From Candidatus Omnitrophota bacterium (lineage in GTDB: Bacteria; Omnitrophota; Omnitrophia; Omnitrophales; Aquincolibacteriaceae): DNA of 64,000 nucleotides. The stretch covers positions 2,210-66,209 of the forward strand of contig JBDRCT010000034.1 in NCBI GenBank assembly GCA_043821445.1, given 5' to 3'. Position 1 is the stretch's first letter. Each line of letters opens with the position of its first letter. The notes below the pieces were generated by a model, which saw nothing but the letters and a program-made list of their open reading frames with translations, had not been told where the DNA came from and made no database searches. The position numbers and the translations under genes were made by a program. Positions 58,231-64,000 of this stretch are shown here, in pieces.

Positions 58231-59246
58231 AGAGGTTTGCCCTTTCCGCGCACGAGGACATAAATAAAAAGACATCCGCCTAAAAGCCCTGTCACAACCC
58301 CGACCGGAAGCTCTACGGGAGCGATCAGAATGCGGGCCACTGTATCGCAAAGCACAAGAAAAGTTCCGCCTCCAACAAAGGAGGTCATCAAGAGTATCCT
58401 GGCATCGCGACCCACAAGCCCCCTCATCATATGCGGTACGACAAGCCCGACAAATCCGATCACACCCGCCACCGCCACGCTCACTCCCGTCAGCACCGAA
58501 GCGATTACAAAAAGGGCGCGTTTGGTCCGCTCGACCGGGATCCCGAGATGACGCGCTTCTTCTTCTCCAAGGGCAAGCGCGTTCAGATCCGCGTGGAAGA
58601 GATAACAACTCCCGAGACCGAGCACCGAGACCGCGATCATGATACGGATCAATGCCGGGTCCGGCTCGTCAAGGGATCCCATGATCCAGAAAAGAATGCC
58701 TTGAAGATCTTCGGTCCGCGAAACGGCAAGAATGAGCAGCATGAGCGATGACGAGATAAAGGTCAACATCACACCCGTGAGCAACATCCCTTGAAGGGGA
58801 AGCTCCCGCCCACGGCGGCTTAAAAAATAAAGCAAAAAGATCACAAGGCAAGCGCCCAGGAATCCGGAAAACGGAAGGCCGAGATGCCAAACCCCGGAAA
58901 GCCCCCAGAGAATATTGAGCGACACCCCGACCGCGGCACCTCCCGAAATCCCGAGTGTATAGGGTTCGACCAAAGGGTTTCTGAACATCCCTTGCAGGAT
59001 CACGCCCGCAAGGCTCAAGGCGCCCCCGACGGCAAACCCCAAGAGAAGCCTCGGAAAACGGATGTCCCAAATGATACGGCCTTCGATGCTATCCGGAGGC
59101 CTGGAAAGGAGTTCGATCACTTTTCTGGCCGGAATGCCGGAGGAGCCTGAGATCAAAGCAAGGATCGCGGCCGCGATCGCCGCAAGCACGATCAAGCCAA
59201 GCCAACCCAGCCAACGTCTTGAACGATTATGAAGCATAGCTCGCAT
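58227..59246 (-). CDS. Iron-chelate/cobalamin ABC transporter permease (BtuC-like)
   Basis: IRFPR, QGMFRNPLVEPYTLGISGGA, LGEEEARHLG, IGFVGLVVPH, ELPVGVVT. Confidence 0.93.
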   Translation of the reverse strand: MRAMLHNRSRRWLGWLGLIVLAAIAAAILALISGSSGIPARKVIELLSRPPDSIEGRIIWDIRFPRLLLGFAVGGALSLAGVILQGMFRNPLVEPYTLGISGGAAVGVSLNILWGLSGVWHLGLPFSGFLGACLVIFLLYFLSRRGRELPLQGMLLTGVMLTFISSSLMLLILAVSRTEDLQGILFWIMGSLDEPDPALIRIMIAVSVLGLGSCYLFHADLNALALGEEEARHLGIPVERTKRALFVIASVLTGVSVAVAGVIGFVGLVVPHMMRGLVGRDARILLMTSFVGGGTFLVLCDTVARILIAPVELPVGVVTGLLGGCLFIYVLVRGKGKPL

Positions 59247-59248
59247 GG

Positions 59249-59370
59249 ACCCCGTTAGAGACAGGAAGCGCTTTTATCGCTTCCGTGATTTATTGAAAAA
59301 TTTGACACTAATTTCATTTTTTCGTTTCTTGTAGAAAAATTTGAATTGCTTCATCAATTTCTAACGGGGT
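59249..59370. mobile_element. MITE-like element, 122 bp with 11-bp terminal inverted repeats
   Basis: ACCCCGTTAGA (59249-59259) ... TCTAACGGGGT (59360-59370); AT-rich interior with hairpin GGAAGCG/CGCTTCC; no ORF. Confidence 0.6.
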
Positions 59371-60202
59371 GGAGGATTTGGATCATATTCTCAAGGGCCC
59401 GGGTGAAGGTCACGGGGGTCGGAGAACAGAAGAGGTCAGAATTGACGATCACAATGCGGTTTTCACGGGCCGCCTTGAGTTCGGGATATTGTTGCCACAT
59501 TTGCTTTTCCTTTTCCCCGTCAAATCCCATGCTCGAGATGATGATCATGTCGGGATTTTGCGCGAGCACTTTTTCCCGGGAATAAAGCGCCCGTTTTCCG
59601 TCCGCCGCAATGTTCTTCCCGCCCGCAAATTCGATCAGATCGTTCAAAAAGGAATCCCGCGTCACTGTCACAAGCGGTTCAGCACCTATCTCGAGAAATA
59701 CCAAAAGGACCGGACCTTGCGGGACTTTCTCCCGCAGCAACTTAACCGCCTTTTCCTGTTCTTCCGAAATGCGCACAGCCTCAGCTTCTTTGCCGATCAT
59801 CCGCGCAAGACGAAGAAAGGACCCGCTAATTCCTTTAAAATTTTTTGCAGGCGCAAACGTTTCCACATGAAGCCCGAGGGCTCGCATTTTGGCGACAGAG
59901 CGAGGATCGATCATCGGGGTTACGATTACAAGATCGGGGTCAAGAGATACGATCTTCTCGAGATTGGCATCGACGATATTCCCGACTTCAGGGATCTCTT
60001 GAGCTTCGACGGGCCGTACGCAAAAGTGCGATCTCCCGACCAAACGCTTCGCCTCGCCCAGGAGGAATATCTCTTCGGTCACCACGGTCGAAAGCGAGAC
60101 AATACGCTGAGGGGATCTTTCTTCGGCAGAAACACGGCCTGGAAGGATCATGAGGAAGGCTATCGCCCAGAGGATCGTGACCCGTCCCTGTTTGTAGTTC
60201 AC
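59354..60202 (-). CDS. Cobalamin-binding periplasmic protein (BtuF-like)
   Basis: PQRIVSLS...TE..F.LG, NLEKIVSLDPDLVI, LIEFAGG.NI, SREKVLAQNPD.II, L.AARENRI. Confidence 0.88.
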   Translation of the reverse strand: MNYKQGRVTILWAIAFLMILPGRVSAEERSPQRIVSLSTVVTEEIFLLGEAKRLVGRSHFCVRPVEAQEIPEVGNIVDANLEKIVSLDPDLVIVTPMIDPRSVAKMRALGLHVETFAPAKNFKGISGSFLRLARMIGKEAEAVRISEEQEKAVKLLREKVPQGPVLLVFLEIGAEPLVTVTRDSFLNDLIEFAGGKNIAADGKRALYSREKVLAQNPDMIIISSMGFDGEKEKQMWQQYPELKAARENRIVIVNSDLFCSPTPVTFTRALENMIQILHPVRN

Positions 60203-60861
60203 ACGAGGCTCCCAAGCTCAAGTTTTGAAACCCAATGTTTTTCGATCGAAAGCCTCTCGGACTCATGGACCGATACGGGAGTTTTAAAGATCGGCCCGTC
60301 GTAGACGAACGTATGATACTCGCCCTTTTCACCGCACGGATCGACATGCGGCACGGTCCTTATCTTCCCCGGAAAATCCCGGTCGATCTCGCAGCCTAGC
60401 CATTCAGCGCCAAGTACCACTTCGTCCGTCACTACGATACGGCTTTTAAAACCCGCAGCGATGAATTCTTCGAGCAAAAGCTCCCGCTTTTCGTTCCAAA
60501 GCGGCAAGAAAGCTTTAAGCCCCGTCTCACGGCAGACCCGCTCGACCCATTCCCGGTGCGGCTCAAGATCAATATCGCCGAAGATCCCGGCTTCCACGCC
60601 TTTTGTTTTCAGTTCCGTCAACACCGACTTGAATTCCTTTTCGTAATCCTTCCAGGATGCGGCGCGTTGAATGAGCGGGACCCCGATCGCTGCCGCCTGG
60701 GCGCGCAGTACCGCTGCGCTCAGCCCGTGAGAACGCGAGTACTCACCGTCCTCGGTCATCATGTTCACTAGATGCGACACCTCAATCTCCGGATGTTTCA
60801 TCATCCGGTAACACGCAAGTACGCTGTCTTTACCCCCGCTCCAGGAAACAAAGACTTTCAT
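60199..60861 (-). CDS. DUF71/Dph6-like ATP-dependent amide ligase
   Basis: VSWSGGKDS PP-loop, FGDIDLEPHREWVE, DPCGEKGEYHTFV.DGPIF; start set at ATG 60861. Confidence 0.9.
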   Translation of the reverse strand: MKVFVSWSGGKDSVLACYRMMKHPEIEVSHLVNMMTEDGEYSRSHGLSAAVLRAQAAAIGVPLIQRAASWKDYEKEFKSVLTELKTKGVEAGIFGDIDLEPHREWVERVCRETGLKAFLPLWNEKRELLLEEFIAAGFKSRIVVTDEVVLGAEWLGCEIDRDFPGKIRTVPHVDPCGEKGEYHTFVYDGPIFKTPVSVHESERLSIEKHWVSKLELGSLV

Positions 60862-61826
60862 ATTTTCTTGCCTTTCTTTTGGGACCTCACAGGCTTTTGA
60901 TACCGTTCCAGGAACGGAAGCACGTGCCCGCACACCTTGCAATGAAAATGGGTTCGAGGCATCCCTGCCCTGCAACTCGGACAACTTTTTTCGCTTCCCA
61001 CGGGCTGCGGGATTTCACCAATGACTTTTCTGTAAATTTTGTAATAATAAAAATGCTCCTTATTGAAGAACTTCACAGGGTAAGAATGGCCGTTGAATTC
61101 CCTGTCCGAGATCTTGTCTGTCAGGATCTGCCTTAAACGCGTCATGCCCGAACCCACTTCAAGCGGACGCTTGCTCTGCCAGGCGATCCCCGCAGGCAAA
61201 AGTTCCTCGAACGCTTTCCGCAGGATCCATTTTCCCCATCGCTTGCCGCCCGAACACCGGATTTTCCGATCGCCCGGAATATTCAATGCCATTCTGACCA
61301 CGGCGGGGTCGAGAAAAGGTTGGACGATCCCGAGCTTCAAGGCCTTGCCGATATCATTGGAGCTGAAAACCATCCGCCGGCTGACCCTCCGGATATAACC
61401 GTCCAGGTCCGCAAGGTCCGCCATGAAGGAATATCCCCCGAATAGCTCGTCGCTGCCGTCCCCTGTCCCGATATTTTTCAAGCCGAGTTCTTTGGCTTTT
61501 TTGAGACCGAAATAAGCCGCCAAATCGTTCGGAAGTGCCGAATCGAAGGATCGCAGGATCCGGATCACGTCCGGAATGCTACGAATCGCTTCCTCGATGC
61601 TTACAAAGTGGTGGACCTGACGCATCCCCAAAGTCTTCGCCAGAGCATTCGCATAAGGAAGATCTGCCGCGTTGCGCTCAAGACTGACGGTGATGCCGGT
61701 CGCTTTCGGATTGAGCACCGCTACGACCGAACTGTCCAGACCCCCGGAGAAAAGCACCCCGTCATAAGGCGCCTTTGCCGCTGCCTTAGAGATCCCTTTT
61801 CTGACGTGAGCCGCAAGAGTGGGCAC
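60858..61826 (-). CDS. Asparagine-synthetase synthetase-domain-only protein with C-terminal zinc ribbon
   Basis: LFSGGLDSS, TGDGSDELFGGY, PFLD, KWILRKAF..LLP..IAW..K; CPSC..CKVC tail; no glutaminase domain. Confidence 0.85.
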   Translation of the reverse strand: MPTLAAHVRKGISKAAAKAPYDGVLFSGGLDSSVVAVLNPKATGITVSLERNAADLPYANALAKTLGMRQVHHFVSIEEAIRSIPDVIRILRSFDSALPNDLAAYFGLKKAKELGLKNIGTGDGSDELFGGYSFMADLADLDGYIRRVSRRMVFSSNDIGKALKLGIVQPFLDPAVVRMALNIPGDRKIRCSGGKRWGKWILRKAFEELLPAGIAWQSKRPLEVGSGMTRLRQILTDKISDREFNGHSYPVKFFNKEHFYYYKIYRKVIGEIPQPVGSEKSCPSCRAGMPRTHFHCKVCGHVLPFLERYQKPVRSQKKGKKI

Positions 61827-61828
61827 TT

Positions 61829-62431
61829 TTACTGGTCCGCTAATTTAAAAGTGACCGGCGTTTCTACGATGTCTTTGATCGGTTGATCGTTCTTGAGCGC
61901 CGGCTGGAATTTCCATTTTTTTATGGATTCACGGGCCGCTTCATCCAAAAGCTCGTGCCCTGAAGACTGTACGAACTCCATATGACCGACAGAGCCATCG
62001 GGAAGAACCTCGTAGGCCAGCACTACTCGTCCTTCCCATCCCCGCCGGATCGCTTTCCGCGGATAAGGCACCGCTTCCGGGACCGAAACCAACAAAGGCG
62101 GCGTCAAACCACTTGGGGCCGTTTCTTCATCCGATCGACGGCTTTCAAGACGATTCCGATCCGCACTTTGTCCCTGGCGAAAGATAGAGGGACCAACTTG
62201 ATTTCCCGTAAATCCCGCAGCCACGAACCTTGAAGATCGTGCGAACTGCTTCGGCCCCGCAGTCATGTGTTCCGGAGTTTTCACTTTCACGTTCACAGGA
62301 ATACCTTGCGAGATCACGGGCCCTGTTTCGACCGAGGGCCAGGCGCCGACATTTTCCTGTGCTTTAAGACGAACCCCGAAGAGAACCGCTAAGAGTGCGC
62401 TTACATAGATGATTTTTAACCGTTTCTTCAT
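61829..62431 (-). CDS. tonB: Energy transducer TonB (C-terminal domain)
   Basis: YPRKAIRRGWEGRVVL..V..DGSV...SSG..LLDEAA...KKWKFQPA; start set at ATG 62431. Confidence 0.88.
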   Translation of the reverse strand: MKKRLKIIYVSALLAVLFGVRLKAQENVGAWPSVETGPVISQGIPVNVKVKTPEHMTAGPKQFARSSRFVAAGFTGNQVGPSIFRQGQSADRNRLESRRSDEETAPSGLTPPLLVSVPEAVPYPRKAIRRGWEGRVVLAYEVLPDGSVGHMEFVQSSGHELLDEAARESIKKWKFQPALKNDQPIKDIVETPVTFKLADQ

Positions 62432-64000
62432 AAAAATTCCCATTTGGCGCCGATCACGAATTCCCGGGAAGCTCCGGGATCCACCCATGTGTAGGTGCCG
62501 GCTGGATAGATGGCCGTACCGAAGGAGGTGGCGTTGATCGCGCGTGAATAATACTTTTCATCGAACACATTATTGACCTTGAGATAGATCTGCTTACCAC
62601 GCCAGTCATAAGAGAGAACGAGATCCCAGACCGAGTAGGGCTTGATCCAATGCCCCGCCCCGCCGGTCGCATTCAGGGTGGCTTGGGTCGCGGTTTCATA
62701 GGATGTCGGGTGCTGCCTCCCAGTGATAGTCCCGTAGAGCCCGACCTTGAATCCTTTGTAATTCTCGCCCAGACGGAGCAACGGAGAGACCATCATTCCC
62801 ACCACAAAACGATTTTCAGGGACCTGCCCAAGTGTCCGTCCGTCTTTTAAGCTCTGCGCGCCGTCCGTTTGACGAACCCAAGCCTCAGTCAACGTATAAC
62901 CTCCATAGAACTTAACCTCCTCCACGGGCGTCAGATCAAGCCGTGTTTCGATACCGTAACGGCGCGTCTTACCGACATTGATGTTTCGTCCATAAGGCGT
63001 TGCCGCGCTAATCGCCGTGCTGTCATAACGGATTTCATCCTGAACATCAATAAGAAAATAACTCGCTTTAGCTTCCGCAAACTTCCCGGCACGGACCCTG
63101 GAACCCACTTCGTAACTGTTGGAAAGTTCAGGGTTCAAAGGCGTGAGAGCGGTGCCCCCATACGGCGCCAGTTCCGTAATGGTAGGAACGCGAAACCCCT
63201 GAGAATAATTGGTAAAAAGATCTACGCTCTTGACCGGCTTGACGGTAACACCCGTCGAAACCGTCGACTTATGCCAACGGTTCGTCTGACCGGCCGCCCG
63301 GTTCAAGGCCGTATCCGAATGGAACCAATTGTAGTCATGCCGCATGCTGACATAAGGGATCACGCGATCAAAAAGCTTAAGTGTCTCACCCCAAAAGAGA
63401 GCGACATTATCCGCCTGAGCGGTCCGGTCCGTGCGGGTAACCGGTGAGGCGGGCACAGTACCGTTCGGGGCATCGCGCTGGATCGACCAATTGCGGCCCG
63501 CCCGGTACTCCATGCCGATCATACTTTCATTCCCCAACCAATCCCACGTATCTTGATAGCGCGTTTGCCAGGTAAGATCACGCTCCTGGTTTTTGGTGTT
63601 GAGGAGCGACGTGTAGGGATTGTAACCATAGGTCACAAAAGTCCCGGTGGTGTTGACAAAACTGATGTCATTCCAGCGTTCGCTCGCGAGAATTGAGGCC
63701 AGGATCCGGTCATCCCAGAATTTCTTTTCAGCTTCGAGCTGTACGATCGTGTTCTTGAATTTTCGACCATCGAGCGGCTTATTGCAGCGACGAGGATCAT
63801 CCTGATATTGTTGAAATGTCATTTCTCCAGGCATGGAGACCGCATCCTCAATGTGTTTCAGCCCGAAAGAGATCTTCCCCTGCTCATTGGGAAGCTCGTA
63901 AGCGGTCTTAATGTCAAAAGAGGTGAGACGAAATTCGCCGTTCGCACGGAACCCGTGCTCACTGTCACGCTCACCGTTGAAATAATAACCCAGCTTGCCT
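62428..64000 (-). CDS. TonB-dependent outer-membrane receptor (BtuB-like by context; 5' end outside the window)
   Basis: Frame is open to the edge; NYSQGFRVPT..EL, LNPE.S.SYEVG, NVGKTR..GIE, VNNVFDEKY, aromatic C-terminus KWEFL. Confidence 0.88.
   Translation of the reverse strand, partial: GKLGYYFNGERDSEHGFRANGEFRLTSFDIKTAYELPNEQGKISFGLKHIEDAVSMPGEMTFQQYQDDPRRCNKPLDGRKFKNTIVQLEAEKKFWDDRILASILASERWNDISFVNTTGTFVTYGYNPYTSLLNTKNQERDLTWQTRYQDTWDWLGNESMIGMEYRAGRNWSIQRDAPNGTVPASPVTRTDRTAQADNVALFWGETLKLFDRVIPYVSMRHDYNWFHSDTALNRAAGQTNRWHKSTVSTGVTVKPVKSVDLFTNYSQGFRVPTITELAPYGGTALTPLNPELSNSYEVGSRVRAGKFAEAKASYFLIDVQDEIRYDSTAISAATPYGRNINVGKTRRYGIETRLDLTPVEEVKFYGGYTLTEAWVRQTDGAQSLKDGRTLGQVPENRFVVGMMVSPLLRLGENYKGFKVGLYGTITGRQHPTSYETATQATLNATGGAGHWIKPYSVWDLVLSYDWRGKQIYLKVNNVFDEKYYSRAINATSFGTAIYPAGTYTWVDPGASREFVIGAKWEFL

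Overview
Gene-dense chromosomal segment of a diderm, probably anaerobic bacterium, roughly 50-55% GC by eye. The gene content would fit a PVC-superphylum/Omnitrophota-like lineage, but that is inference only. Nearly all genes are on the minus strand. Housekeeping content: dxs, ispA, xseAB, 5-formyl-THF cyclo-ligase, tRNA-Arg(CCT), apt, a sigma-70 factor, ppdK, glyQS, uvrA, dapL-folK-panC-panD-nadX, recO, ybeY, phoH, aspS, hisS, rpsU (missed by the ORF track), comF, an LptF/G permease, glycogen genes (glgC, GH57, DUF4912), pssA-psd, hemY, panB, folD and a cyclohydrolase. A TonB/ABC corrinoid-uptake operon is cut by the right edge. I found no CRISPR array, rRNA, prophage or transposase. Main items for follow-up: (1) a dispersed ~86-bp two-hairpin repeat with compensatory stem changes, one copy translated in frame inside uvrA; (2) a ~200-nt folded region between comEA and an orphan gene, opposite a probably leaderless XRE-cupin regulator; (3) two cobalamin-dependent radical SAM genes upstream of psd-pssA, one coupled to psd and the other split by a single-base frameshift; (4) two ATP-pyrophosphatase amide-ligase-like genes inside the B12-uptake operon; (5) a pseudo-REC/GGDEF/MshEN fusion; (6) several other miniature palindromic elements, including one inserted in a tRNA fragment. 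All product calls come from recognising motifs by eye; no database search was run.
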